Notes: generated by a model not told the origin, from the sequence alone. Shown: positions 37,328 to 53,845, counted from the first letter of the whole stretch. The stretch: 61,239 nucleotides of DNA, filler included, from Pirum gemmata (GCA_002812295.1; 16 parts of 16 records of this genome joined end to end with filler, not necessarily neighbours in it); one strand, 5' to 3'. Numbers and translations are program-made.

Positions 37328-38155
37328 TATTTGTTGGAATATTGGAGAGTTGTCATTAATTATGTAATTATTACTTTTGTACAATAATTTGCATTAATTA
37401 CAATTACATAGTTTAAAAATTGGTTATTTTCACAACAATTCTTGCTTCAATATTAATATTATTATTATTATTATTATTATAAATATTAATTAATTAATAT
37501 TATAATCCCAGATAGTAATAGTAATATTATAGTAATAGTAATAATAATAGTAAATAATAATAATAATAATAACGACCCTTCGAATTCAATATGTCTAATA
37601 AATCCAATAAATACACTCGGAATACGATAGGAATTATTATTATTATTATTTGTTTGAACCAACGTACCTCGTAGACTGTCACTAATTACGTATTTATTAC
37701 GATATACTTTTGTACAATAATTTACATCAATTAATATTACACAATTTAGAAATATAATAACTATTAGTTATTTTCACAACAATTCTTGCTTCATTATAAT
37801 ATTGATATTATTGTTATTATTATATATTATAATATATATATTAGTATTATGTTACTATTATATTCTCAGATATAATAATAGTAATAGTAATAGCAATAGT
37901 AATAGTAATAGCAATAGCAATAATTTATAGTAATATATTACACAATATAGTAATAATAATAAATAATAATAATAATAATAAAGACCCTAATAAATGCACT
38001 TACCATTATTATTATTATGTATTGGAACCAATGTACCTCCCAGACTTGTCACTAATTCTGTAATTATTATTTTTGTACAATAATTTGCCTTAATTACAAT
38101 TACACAGTTTATTAATTAAAAATAACTATTACTTATTTTCACAACAATTCTTGCT

Positions 38156-38160
<5 letters not shown>
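37222..38160. repeat. Three diverged ~350-bp tandem units plus one inverted partial unit
   Basis: TTATTTTCACAACAATTCTTGCTTCA at about 37425, 37770 and 38135; reverse complement at about 37223. Confidence 0.85.
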
Positions 38161-38191
<31 letters not shown>

Positions 38192-39399
38192 TATTATTAT
38201 TATATATTTCTTTACCCCTTTAAAAAACATTTATATGCTTTGTCAAGGATTATATTGTTTATCTTTAAGAGGCATTAATCATAACATTTAATAAACAATG
38301 TCTTATTAATAGAAGAATACCCAACCCCAATTATCCTTAAATTTATCACTCTAAGTTTAAAAAGTATTTATTTTGAAACAGAAAACATACCTAAAGTATA
38401 TGATTATGATCGATCATATAATAGTGGCGCTGGCTTGAACATGTTTATTCAAAATGCTAATATTGCAGACAATAAAAATTTTTACCACCCAAGTAAAGAT
38501 GGAAACTATACTCGGAGAAAGACTCGGGCGGTACTACAAGGGCAACATTCTCGCAAATTGCGTGTGGCTTATTAATTTATATTTCTTATATATATTACTA
38601 TTTAATAAATCTCATCTATATCATTATTACTATTAGAATGAAACATTATCACTTTTAAATTAAAGTTTAAAAATGATTGATTATAAATAATACCACAAAA
38701 AGTTTACTTATTAATTTTAAATTATAAGTTGAAAGAATATTTTGTTACATATAAATTAAAATGAAAACTATGCAATTTAGGGTTAGGGTTAGGGGTTAGG
38801 GGTTAGGGTTAGGGTTAGGGTTNNNNNNNNNNNNNNNNNNNNNNNNNNNNNNNNNNNNNNNNNNNNTTAATTAATTAANNNNNNNNNNNNNNNNNNNNNN
38901 NNNNNNNNNNNNNNNNNNNNNNATTAATATTATTATTATATTATTATTATTTTACAAATTATTATTATTATTATTATTATACAAATAGTTATTATATAAA
39001 TAATAATTATTATTATTATTAAATTATTATTATTATTATTATTACTTTGTAGATGTTTCTTTCATAATGTAAATCAGACCTTCATGGAAAGTATAGTAGC
39101 TCCTTCTCATAGAAAAGATTTTGTATGTGTAAACAATGAGCGTTCAGCATAATGACGATTACGATAACTTTGATAATGATGGAGAATATAATTTGAATGA
39201 AAATAATTACGAAACTATAGCAAATTCTTTGAATAGTACAAATAAACATCCTAAGCACAATAACGATGTTTTATTATTATTATTATCAAATAATAATAAT
39301 AAATTAAAAATTGATAAAATTGCCACAAAAATAATTTTTATTATAAATGTTTTAAAAAAATGATATTTTATAAATTATTTGGCACAAATGTAATTTTAA

Positions 39400-39693
39400 A
39401 AGCACAGACTCGAGGACCTTTCCATAAATTTATATACTTAGCAGCATAAGGAAAAGGGGAAACTTCAAATTCAACTTTATTTTCAGCTGAAGATAAATGT
39501 TCAGGAATGGTAGCAGTGAGTTCTAATTTCCAGACCTCGATCATCCTCTGCATAAAATTATTCCCCCACTGCTTTGGTTACTGCCGTATGTGGTATAAGA
39601 GACCCTTCAGCATAAACGTTAAGGTCAACAGTAGAAAGAAAACCATTACTACCAAAATCCATAGAAACGCCATAGAAGCCAACCGTAAAAGTA
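39400..39693 (-). pseudogene. 5'-truncated, frameshifted tandem copy of the 39954-40409 gene
   Basis: EVWKLELTATIPEHLSSAENKVEFEVSPFPYAAKYINLWKGPRVCA with indels upstream; the 3' flank is also duplicated. Confidence 0.85.
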
Positions 39694-39953
39694 GTTAGTT
39701 TAAGAAAAATTGATATTAAATTTTTATAAATCAATTGGTAGTTGTTGTGGTTGTTTTATCATTATCTGTAACAAAAGAAATCCTAACCACAACAATATGA
39801 TTTGTTATTATACTTTATTATTATTATTGTTTTTATTAAAAAGTAACATTAAATTGAAAATTGATAAAATTGGCACAAAAGTAATTTTTATTATAATTTT
39901 TTTTAAAAAAAATGGTATTTTATAAATTAATTGGTACAAAATTTAATGTAATT

Positions 39954-40409
39954 TTAAGCACAAACTTGAGAACCTTCCCATAAGTTTATATACTTAGCAG
40001 CATACGGGAATGGTGAAACTTCAAATTCAACTTCTTTTTGAGCTGCAGATAAATGTTCAGGAATGGTAGCAGTGAATTCTAATTTCCAGACCTCATCCTC
40101 TGCATATTTCCCCACTGCTTTAGTTACTACTGTATGTGGTATAACAGATCCTTCAGCGTAAACTTTAAGGTCGACAGTAGAAAGGAAACCATTACTACCA
40201 AAATCCATATAAACACCATAGAAGCCAACGGTAAAAGTTGCTACGTCACTTTGAGGAGTTAGTTTTAGAGTTTGGGCCACAAATGTTGTTGATCCGGTTG
40301 AAAATTGTGTACAAGAGTCTGTTGAACGTGCAGTAATGGATGAGGACATTGCTTCAGAGTTAAAAAGAGCAACAGTTGCTAATACAAAGGCACTACTTAA
40401 TTGAAACAT
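39954..40409 (-). CDS. Secreted 151-aa protein of unknown function
   Basis: Signal-peptide-like MFQLSSAFVLATVALFNSEA; intact ORF; conserved tandem paralogue. Confidence 0.85.
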   Translation of the reverse strand: MFQLSSAFVLATVALFNSEAMSSSITARSTDSCTQFSTGSTTFVAQTLKLTPQSDVATFTVGFYGVYMDFGSNGFLSTVDLKVYAEGSVIPHTVVTKAVGKYAEDEVWKLEFTATIPEHLSAAQKEVEFEVSPFPYAAKYINLWEGSQVCA

Positions 40410-40992
40410 ATTTAATCTGTTTAGTTATATTATATTTTATAAAATTATTATTATAAAATTATTTTTGAATGAATTTGTTTGTAATTTATATTTTGTTTTT
40501 TTATCTTTTTTTTATTTTTTTTTATTTGTGTCATATTTTACTTTGCTTTTATACTCATAACCGCGCCAAAAACATATATAATATTGTAATCTATATTATA
40601 TACACAAGTGTGTTACTACATTATATGTATAATTGTATATAGGTAGCATACAGCCTACAGTTTACAGTGTTCATTTGTAAATTTCATACCAGACATAAAT
40701 AATACGATCTTATTTATAATACAGACAATGATACAGAGGAAGTCGAAGGACTGAAGAACTCTGAAGGTAACCTTTTTCGGGTTTTCCCTTTTTTGGAAAA
40801 GGTAACAATTCCTGAAATGCCCAAAAAAAAGCTGTACAATTATTATTTATAAGCCAACTATCTAGACTACCTTATTATATCTATAGGACTCGATAATAGG
40901 AGTCTATTCATTATTATGACTACAAATAATCACTCTCGAGTCTCGATAATATTATACTATGATATCATAAAAAAAAAAAAAAAATAAAAAAA

Positions 40993-41045
<53 letters not shown>

Positions 41046-42944
41046 ACAATAATTTTAAAAAATTTTACTTTATCCAAAAGTGTCAGTATTCGCACAAATA
41101 AACAGGTTGGGGTTAATTAAGGTTAGAGCTAGCTAGCTACTAGCTAGCGTTAGGGGTCGTAATAGATTATATATAGCGCACACTAATAGCTAGCTAGTTG
41201 TAGATAGAATCTAGAGCGTAGTCAGACGGTAGTCTACACAAAAAAAATTGGCCAGCTCTGTTCAGCTCTCTTTTCTCCAAATAAAGTAGACCCGAACATT
41301 CCTCAAACCGACTTCTTGGAGCCTCCTTGGCTGACTAGCTAGCTATCTAGTAGAGCCAAGTAGCTAGAGCTAGCTAGTATTAAATTTTGCTAAAAGTTTG
41401 CTGTAGCGACTAGCTAGCTAGCTAGACTACTTTAGAATACATTTCAATCTCAAGCTATGATAATATAATATTATAATAAATATCATAATATATATATTAT
41501 ACTTATTAAATTTTGTAAAGAAAGTATCCCGCTTTAGAAAACCCACTTGTACTACAATCCTGGCTAAACCCCACTAAAGTATCCTGTATTTTCTTTGTTT
41601 TTTCTTTTCTTCCAACCTAACTCTATCCAAAGTTGTTGGCCTAAAACTGGACGAGGTCTGGGCTGAGTCAAAATCCTCAGCTCAGGCTCAAATTTTCCTG
41701 CACTTTACCCCGCTCTTCTCCTGCACTCTACTCCTGCACTATTATCACTAGTAATAGATTCACTACCCATGCGTTTTTGAAAAACCCGAAATTTTTTTCG
41801 AAAATATAGACTGACTAGTTTTTCTACAGCTAACTCCACAAGTTCCGCTGGTTTGAAAAACAGTACCATTACACTCCCTTACTAAGCTAATGGAACTGCT
41901 ATCCAATAGCAAAAAAAAAAAAAAAAAACTATAACAAAAAAACAATAATATAATACTTATTACTCATCATCTTATTATGAACTTATTATAAAAAGTACAA
42001 CAAGTCACAACCAACGTTAACTGACAATCAAATCATTAATTTATAAATAAAAAGGTATTATTAATATGAAACAAATTTAATTATATATTATTTAAACTGT
42101 AACCTACTAGTTACCTACTGCTCCTCCTTTTTCTATATAACAGAAAACGGGAAGTTTTTTTTTTTTTTTGCATTGCTTCAGTACTATTGCTTCATGATTT
42201 TTTTGCATTGCTTCAGTACTATTGCTTCATGATTTTGGTAGTATCATTGAGCTCATTTGAACTTCATTTGAGTATTAAATTTTTGAGAAATTTTTTTTTG
42301 GATTTTTGATTTTTTGGATTTTTTTTTGGATTTTTTTCGTTTTTTTCTCTTTATTAGGGCCAATTTCTGGCCAAATGTAGCTTCAAATACCCCTACCTAC
42401 CTACGCCCCGACGTTAATTTCCGGTTATATACCCTTTGATGTGACGTATTATTTGAACGCTCCCTTATCATGTAGAAACTGAAAATTTCTCAGAAAATAT
42501 TATCATTTAAAAAAGTTATGAAATTTTAAAACTATAAAACCAAAGCAAAATGTGATAAAAAAATAAAAAAAAAAAAAAAAAAAAAAAANNNNNNNNNNNN
42601 NNNNNNNNNNNNNNNNNNNNNNNNNNNNNNNNTTAATTAATTAANNNNNNNNNNNNNNNNNNNNNNNNNNNNNNNNNNNNNNNNNNNNTTTCTTCATTTC
42701 TTCATTTCTTCATTTCTTCATTTCTTCATTTCTTCATTTCTTCATTTCTTCATTTCTTCATTTATTCATTTATTCATTTCTTCATTTCTTCATTTATTCA
42801 GTTATTCATTTATTCATTTAGATAATATTAGTGTTAGTATTCATATTGGTAGTTGTTGACGTAGTTCACACCCTATATAGAATATATAAACAACAACACC
42901 ATTATCAACAATAGTAGTAGCAACAACAACAACAACAAACAAAT

Positions 42945-43128
42945 ATGCAGGCCGTTAATATAAAAGTTGATAAAGAAACCCTCCAAAGGATAATGGAGGA
43001 AGACAAATGTAAACATTTGTTTATGCAATATTTAGTTAAAGAGCAAAGTCACGAGAATATGTTATTCATAGATGCAGTAAAAAAATACAAAAGTTTTGCA
43101 AGAGAATTAGAGAAAAAAATAGTAACGG

Positions 43129-43185
<57 letters not shown>

Positions 43186-44852
43186 GCATAGAAGACGAAT
43201 CATGTGACCGTCGCAATAGTACTAAGTCAGACTTAGATAGACGCTTTTCGAACACATCTGTACATTCTATTCAATCATACAACAAATTAACTAAAAGCAA
43301 TTCAACGTCCAATATAGTATTACGCACTAAATCAACCAGTAATAGTTTATTAGATTCACAAATTCTAGAATTTAGTAGTGCTACTAGTGAATCAGAAAGT
43401 TGTTATAGTGATAGTGGTGGTGAGGAAAATACTCAAGATAAAACGAAAAAAGTAAAAAGATCCTCATTAAATAACAATACTAATAAGAAAAAAAGGTCTT
43501 CAGGGGAATTATTTTCTCTACTCGGCAAAAGAGGGTCTTACAATTTTAAAGGAAGTAGAACCTCTTCCGCCATTATAGACAACAACAACAACAGCAACAA
43601 CAACAACAACAACAACGAAATTAGTGATGAAAATAATATTGAAAATGATATAGATAGTGATAATAGTGATAACAATGTGGTTGGCATAGATCAGACTCTC
43701 TTGGCCTTAGGAAGTAAAAATAGGAAAAAACCAACACGAGGTTTAATGCAGATGAAATCGTCAGTTTCTATGTCTGATATTTTTAGCAAAAATAGAAATA
43801 GCCCCGTTCTTCCTTCCTCCTCTTTGACAGTACCTGAGCCAAAAGAAAATCGCGAAAATTTAATGAGTGAAAGAATACAAAAGAAAAAGAGTTTTGGTCG
43901 ACGTCGCAAAAAACCAGTAACTGTTGTAAATGATAGTGAAAAGGATAGTATTGAAACTAAAAAACAAGTTTTAAATGATCATATACAAGAAAAATTAGTT
44001 AAAGAAGAACAAGAACAAGAACAAGAACAAGAACAAGAACAAGAACAAGTACAAGAACAAGAACAAGAACAAGAAAAAGAAGTACAAGAACAAGAAAAAG
44101 AAGTACAAGAACAAGAACAAGAACAAGAACAAGAACAAGAACAAGAACAAGAACAAGAACAAGAACAAGAACAAGAACAAGAACAAGAACAACAAGAACA
44201 AAAAGAAATAATAATAGAAGAAATGAATCAGAAGCAAATAGAAGAAATCGATAATACGCAACAGCTCAATGAAATTTGTGGTGATGTTCCTAACAATACA
44301 GATTCACCCTTGGAACCAAAACCTAGCCTTCCCAAGACTAAACAAAAACAAAAACGAAAAAAACTGCGTTCAGTTTCCAACTCATTTAAATATCGTGCAT
44401 TAAATTTGTTTGGTGACGGTTTGGAATATGAAAAAGAAAGTTATGTTGATGGAAACAATGAGGTTGTTGTTAACGATAACACTAACAATAACAATAACAA
44501 TAACAATAACAATAACAATAACAATAACAATAACAACAATAACAATAACAATAACAATAACAATAACAATAACAATAACAATAACAATTACAATAACATT
44601 AACATTAGTGAAGATAATGAAGCTAGTGTACAACCTCAACTTCTTTTAAAAAAAGGAAAAGGTAAAAAGGGTAATGATATCCTCAATGGCATTGGCTTCG
44701 AAGGACGGCGATCTACGTTGACTCGATGCCGTAGCATTAACGATTTCCTAAGTAAACCTAGGTTCGGAAATGAAGATTGCAATCACAGTAACAATGATAA
44801 AGAAAAGCAAAGAGAATCTGATAATACCGAAGAAAACGCTACCAATCATGAA

Positions 44853-44907
<55 letters not shown>

Positions 44908-45542
44908 GCAATAGTACTAGTAAACAATTAAGAAAGAGAAAATCAGAAACTGCTTTAACCAATTGTTCAGTTATTAATCACAATAATAAGCACCATAAGA
45001 AAACAAACAGTTTAACGATGACGCAAAACAACAACATTAGCCCTTTTCAACAACAGGAACCATCAAATTCTACCAATAACACTAATAGAGGTATGACCAA
45101 CTTCTCTCGATCTCCATCTGCTCATTCTTTGAAATCCGTTTCCAACTCATCTTCTTTTCGTCAATTAAGTAAATTAAAACGCGCCGTAACGGGTAAATCA
45201 AACTCTTTGACCTTGCGAGAAGCAATAATTAAGTTGATGATTTCTGCCAAAGAAATAGTGGATACTTATTTAGCGCAAGATAGCCCACACGAGATTAATT
45301 TAGAACATCGTATTAATGTGATATTACTTAATAAATTGCAGTCCACAACTGAAGCCAGTGAAAATATGGAAGTCTCTCCAGGTGAAATGTTGGTTACTTT
45401 TGCAGAAGTTAAAAGTTTGTTCGACGCTGCGGAGAATTCTATTATGGAATTGATACGGACAGATTCTTTTAAAAGATTTTTTAGTTCGAATGAATTTGTA
45501 GAAGTCGTAGAAATTTTAGCAACGTCGGTAGCCTGTTATTAA
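42945..45542 (+). CDS. 865-aa RGS-domain protein whose domain is split by a long low-complexity insert
   Basis: N-terminal TLQRIM...LFMQYLVKEQSHENMLFIDAVKKYK; C-terminal AKEIVDTYLAQDSPHEINL...LFDAAENSIMELIRTDSFKRF. Confidence 0.9.
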
Positions 45543-45668
45543 AGCCGATACAACAATAACAATAGCTACTACAACAACCACAACAATAATAAAAAAAAAA
45601 GTGTGAATATTATTAATAAGATGTAAAACTAAATATTTGTATTATTTTTATTTTTATTATTTTTTTTA

Positions 45669-46096
45669 TTAAAATATTAAATTATTACTGAAGTTTTGAA
45701 AACCGATGTTATTATTCAAACTGGTTGACCTGTCACCATCATAAATATTATCGTTATACATCATAGAATGTTGTAAAGAGATTGAACGGTTAATATTAAC
45801 CGAATCATCATGATGATTATGGTGATTTTTGTCGTTGGTAAGCTGGATGGACATAAGCTGATCAAGAGATAATGATCTCTTTAAAAATGAATTATCCAAA
45901 TTGTTTTGTTGAACCATGGGAGTTGGAGCATGGTTGTTGTTATTGAAGTAGTTGTTAATGTTGTTATTGCCGTAGTTGTTGTTAACGTTGTTGTAGTAGT
46001 AGTTATTTGTTGATGTTGTTGCTGTTGCTGCTGATAAGTTCCAATTGAAATTTAAAGCTTCTTGTGATGAGGATGGTGATAGAAACATTGGCGTTG

Positions 46097-46131
<35 letters not shown>
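45669..46131 (-). CDS. 3' part of an Asn-rich protein of unknown function, convergent with the RGS gene
   Basis: Open frame from the contig end (poly-Asn) to a stop at 45669. Confidence 0.55.
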
Positions 46132-46231
46132 NNNNNNNNNNNNNNNNNNNNNNNNNNNNNNNNNNNNNNNNNNNNTTAATTAATTAANNNNNNNNNNNNN
46201 NNNNNNNNNNNNNNNNNNNNNNNNNNNNNNN

Positions 46232-46269
<38 letters not shown>

Positions 46270-47778
46270 CAAGTTCACAACAGTAACATGTATATAAATC
46301 CTACTAGCTATCATAGCTAGCTGACCAGGTAGCTATATCGTAATATATAACTATCCGATATATTTAATAATATAAGGAGTTCAACCTTGATATAATAATA
46401 ATAAATTTGTGTGGTTTTATTAAAAAAAATTCTTTATTTATAAATGGTCTCGATGTTATATTTTAATTAAAATATTTATTACAGGCCTCTTTGCATCCGG
46501 ATCCAGCTAGTAGCCGGATCCAGGTTGAGGGACTTTAGTAGCTAGTGAGTGCAACTTATTAAAACGCAACTATAGACGAAAATTAAAAAAATTACATTAT
46601 ATGATATATAGAAAGTGTAAAAAATATTATTATATCAATGAAGATGTCATAGACGAATTTTGTGAATCATATACAAATAATTAAGTACTATAATTAATCT
46701 ATGCAATAATAATAACCATTTTTTACGTTTTTTTGTATGTAAAAATCGAAGATTGAGGATTTTTTTTTTAAAAAAATTATTAATTATTTGTAATTATGAT
46801 ATCATAATAAAATAAATCTTTCTTGAAAAAAAAAAAAAAAAAAAAATCTGAGGCAGACTCTGAGTGTCTGAGGGTTCAATCCACACACCCACAGCCACAC
46901 TTGAGCACAGCCACAGGTTCAATCCATTCTGGGATATGTTTTTTTGGCCAATAGAAGAACGTCAACACTTTTTGGTTTGTTAGTATTATTCAGTTATTAT
47001 GATATTTTACTAGCTAGTATGTGACTGTATGTCATAGTAGTAAATTAGTACGATAATATAACAAACAAAACTATAATAATATTATTAGTTCAGTTATTTT
47101 TCGAGATTTTGTAATCAAATAACGTCGTATGATAATTCTAGTTTTTTAGCAGCTAGCCTCAATCAACTAGCTACAACAACAACAGCAACAACAACGACAA
47201 CAACGACAACAAACCACAACAACAACCACAATAACATTAGCTAATAACAATAACATCAATATATAATAATATCATCAATAACACCAAAAACAACAAACCG
47301 CAATAACAATAAAAATAATATTTTAATTTAATTGATAACAATATATAATGTATATTAATAACGGTAACATTAATAACTATTACAATAACAATAAAATTAA
47401 CAACAACATGTACAGTAACAACAACAACGTTAGTTAACAATAACAATATTAATATTAATAACTAAATAACAATAACAATTAAGAATAACGTTAATGACAA
47501 TAATAATAACAATTATTACAATTATATTACAATTATTACAATTATTAATTACAATTATTATTATTATATTATTTTAATTATTATTACATATACATTAATA
47601 ATATTGTTATGAGATCTTTTAAAATATTTTTAGTTTTTAGTTAAATTCTTAATAATTGCAAAAATTGGTGTTATTTATATATTCAGACAACGTTAAAACG
47701 TTCAAGGTGGTTAGACTTTTATGTTTAACTATAGAAATATTTGCTACACAGGTAAAACCTCCCAACATTCGAAAATAC

Positions 47779-48072
47779 GGGAGGTTAGTGGAGGTTAGTG
47801 GAGGTTAGTGGAGGTTAGTGGAGGTTAGTGGAGGTTAGTGGAGGTTAGTGGAGGTTAGTGGAGTGGGTTAGTGGAGTGGGTTAGTGGGTTAGTGGGTTAA
47901 GGGGTTAAGGGGTTAAGGGGTTAAGGAGTCTAGGTTAAGGGGTCTAGGTTAAGGGGTTAATTAATAAGGGGTTAGGGTGATAAGGGGTTAATGTATTAGG
48001 GGGTTAGGGGGTAAGGGAGTAAGGGCCCCAGGTTAAGGGGTTGAGGGGTTTTAAAGGGTTAAAGGGTTAGGG
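47779..48072 (+). repeat. (GGAGGTTAGT)n 10-mer array grading into (GGGGTTAA)n telomere-like variants
   Basis: About 8 perfect 10-mers followed by degenerate 8-mers. Confidence 0.9.
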
Positions 48073-51000
48073 ATCGAATAAGTCCTAATTAAATCAATAC
48101 GATACGTTTTTCTTTTTTTTTTTTTAATTAATTAATGAAAAATCACTTCAACTGAAAAAATTGTTAATAAATATTTCATTAGTGGCTAAAGTTACCTGTA
48201 ACTTTAAAATACAGACTTTTGAACTTATTTTAAAAGTAGACTCACACCCTTTTATTTTAATCGAACTCAGGTTTAAGGACGGTGTGTATTTGGCTTAAGC
48301 CAGCCAGCTAGATTAATAATTGACATTTCTTAACCACTCCAAATATATTTATAATCTTCTGGAGAAAATCAACAATGAAAATTACCGTATGTGTGTTCCT
48401 CTTTTTTCATTTTATTTTTATATTTTTATGTATTTTTTTTTTTCATTCAAATCAAAGGACTGGTGAGGAGAGGGATATAAATGCGTGGTGGATTAGGGAT
48501 GATGGGGAGGATGAAGATGGTAGTGATATCGGGTTAGAAGAAGTGTTGGGGAGTCAGTCGGTTAGGAAACGGCTATACCATAATATAGTTATACATTATA
48601 TATTAGGAAAATCTAGTATATTCAATATATATATAAAGTTCCGAAAGACCCACATCTGATTCCACACATATACAAAGTTCCGAAAGACCCACATCTGGTT
48701 CCACGCATATATATATACCGTGTATTGGTTTTGGTAATGTATTTTCTGGATAAAAGCCTTGTATTTATGGACGTCGCAAAGTACATAGAAACCTATGAAA
48801 GAAAATTGAATTCGACCTGCCAAAATTTACATGTTTTAATCAATACATGTAATTAAATTATATATTATAAATATATGTAGATATCACATTCTGACCTCAA
48901 AATGTTATTCGTGATTTCTTGTTTCTAAATAATTTAAAGTGCTTAATATAAAACTCAATAAAAATAAGTAAATCTTTTTCTTTCACCTTCTTAGTTTGTT
49001 AATTAAAAAACCACAGGAATGGACTAATCTAATAAACCTTTTTTTTACAAACCCTGAATATGAAACAATTAAATTGGGCAATCATATGGATAATAGAAAC
49101 CTTCTTTTTTCTTTAGTTGTTAACTTAAGTTAATTAATAATGCTTTGTAACAAANNNNNNNNNNNNNNNNNNNNNNNNCCCCCCCCCCCACACCACCACA
49201 CATACCCTGTTTACCTTCAATTAGTATTAAGTTTAGTACTTTCACTTTTAGGAAGGTTTTAGAACGCAGCTTATTTTAATTACTTTTCTCACATTTATAT
49301 GTGTTTTATAACTTCAAAGCAGAGATAACTGTTGCTAGAATATTTTTATAATCCACAGAGTTACCAGATATACGCTTGAAACGCACCCCATGCATATTTA
49401 AACGGGGGAGCCTGCAGACTTCCATTTCCCAAATTGTGATGTGGTTCTTAATAATAATAATAAAAAATTTTGTTAATGTTATGGGTTAGAGTTAGGGGTT
49501 AGGATTAGGATTAGTGTTAGGATTAGGATTAGGGTTTAGGATTAGGATTAGGATTAGGGTTAGGGTTAGAGTAGGGTGAGGGTGAGGGGGAGGGGGAGGG
49601 GTTAGAAATAGGATTTTGAAATTTACCATTATGTAAGTTAATCGGGAATTAGTAATAGCCCCCTACTACTTACTACTTAACTACTACTTCCACTACTACC
49701 ACTGCTATCACTAATTATTATTATAATATAACGAATAGGATTATTTAAAGTATAGAAATAAGAAAATTATTTGGGAATTAGTTATGCCCCTAGTACTTAC
49801 TACTTAGCTAACTACCAATACTATCTTATTTGATAAAATAATAACCATAATAATAATAACGATAATAATCATAATAATAATAATAATAATAATAATTAGT
49901 GATANNNNNNNNNNNNNNNNNNNNNNNNNNNNNNNNNNNNNNNNNNNNTTAATTAATTAANNNNNNNNNNNNNNNNNNNNNNNNNNNNNNNNNNNNNNNN
50001 NNNNAGCAGTTAAATAGCTTAAAATAGTAAATCTAATTATCGTAGTTACTAAATAAAGTAATAATATTAACATTAATAGTAATAAACCATAAAATCGGAA
50101 AAGTTCCGGCAGCAGCTCGGTAATAATAAAATGACGTCACCTCACCCCTACTATAAATACTATAACTGAATAATTTAGTGGGCTAAATAATCTGAGGCTA
50201 AATAATAATTATTACTACTCATCTTAGTGGATAATAAAATAATAAAATTTCATACTACTACATTATTGGACTATTATTGGTATGTTGTTGAATTGCGTCT
50301 AAGAAACCCCAACGTTTTGGGACATAGTAATATTAATATTCTATTTCGAATATATAAATTGAGTGTGTTCGAAAAATTCAAGCCGCCAGAAAAAATTTGG
50401 TCACTTTTCATAAGTTGGTAATTGTTAGGCGTGCTGCACCATAGACTAGGCAAAAAAAACTAGGGCAAAAAAACTGCAAAAAAAGACTTTAGTGCAAAAA
50501 AGTATGATAGTAAAGTAGTAAAAAAGTAGTAAAAAAGTGGCAAAAAAATAAGAAAAAATTCTAGAAAAAATTCTAGATATTTTCATCCAATAAATTGACC
50601 AATAATTGCACCGAAAAGTTCAAAAAGACAAAAGCTTGATTCGCACGGAATTTGCGAAATTTCTTCATAGTATATATATAAAACCCATAGTAAACCCATG
50701 CAAACTCTGTAAGCTCTGTATTGGGCATAGCAATTTGTTCAAAGGAATGAAGGTGGGAGAAAAGGTCACTTTTCGGTTTTTGAGAACCTTTCGATCAAAA
50801 CATCTGAGCAGAAAAAGAGAAATCGAACCTTCACTACTAATTTTTTTTTAGACAACTATCGAATCTCTCTACTAGCTAGTTTTGTGGTCTTTTAAAAATT
50901 TAATATTTGGCCAATAATAAAGGGTAAAAAAGGATAATTACAAGTGATAGTTGAAAAGGGATTGAACTTTAATTTTTTTGGTAATTGTGAGATCCAGTGG

Positions 51001-51697
51001 TTATCTGACTTTTAGTGTTAGACCAATAATATTTTTTTGTTTTCTTAAATTTAATATTTGACTAATAATAAAGGATAAAAAAGGATAATTTTTTAAAAGT
51101 GATACTTGAAAACAGATTGAACAATATCCTTCTAGCTGGCTAGAGAACAACCCTTGACTTTTCCTGGCTTACATAATATTATTATATTAATTAATATCAA
51201 TACAACGATTAGTTGAAAATTATTATAATCCCTGACTTTTTTATAATTTATATATTATATCATTATAGCTATCCTAGCTAGTATCAAATTATCAGATATC
51301 ATACCTCTATGTGATCAATAGTAGTTCTATAAATAATTTAAAATATCAATGGACTAGCAATAATACAGTATAATATTAATAACAAAATACCAAGCCATAG
51401 TATGGATGCCGTATTAATATGTTGAATTTTGTAAACTTAATAATGTTGATGAATCGATAATACAATTTGGTGTAATAGAGTTTATTTTGCCTAATAAATA
51501 GGTGACTGTTTTTTTGAAGTCTTTTGAAACCCAAAGATGATTATTTGCAATTAATTAATTTTGACTTATTTTGTTATGGTACTTTATGGTACTATTTGAA
51601 CAAGTATATAATTATGTATAATATTATTATGTATAATTATAAACTAGTATTAATAGTTATTACAAATTTTGATTATTTAATATGATTAGCATAAATA

Positions 51698-53190
<1,493 letters not shown>

Positions 53191-53791
53191 AACCCATGGG
53201 CGGCGACCCGGGCAATAGACTTTTTTTTAAACCGTTCATATCTCCATTACTGTTGTGCTATGAAGATGATGATGATTATTTATTTATTTTAATTTATAAT
53301 TTATAATAAGTATAAGATTTAAATTATGTAATTTATAGTTGTCTTAATAATCATCTTCATAGTAACAATAACAGTGGAGATTAATTATTATGAGCATTTT
53401 CAAGTTGTCATTTATTTTTTATTTTATTTTTATTTTTATTTTTTTATTTTTTTTTTTTAAAATATCATAACCATCCAACAGACAGTCAACCGTAGCCTAG
53501 ACTAGAGTTTCTCAACATTTGGTAGTACGTTTTTTTAATCATTTTGAGATTTTTGGATTTTTGAAGTAATAATTATTTTGAGCTCATAGTAGATATATAA
53601 AAAAACGCACTAAATCTTGTTAAAACATGTCTGTTTTTGTTTTTGTTTTCTATTTTCTCGTGATCAATTATTATTATTATTAAATATTATANNNNNNNNN
53701 NNNNNNNNNNNNNNNNNNNNNNNNNNNNNNNNNNNTTAATTAATTAANNNNNNNNNNNNNNNNNNNNNNNNNNNNNNNNNNNNNNNNNNNN

Positions 53792-53828
<37 letters not shown>

Positions 53829-53845
53829 TAATAATATAACTAAAG

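Noticed and set aside
38285..38574. Stop-free plus-strand frame of about 96 codons
   Set aside because: No clear start or splice acceptor and no recognised family
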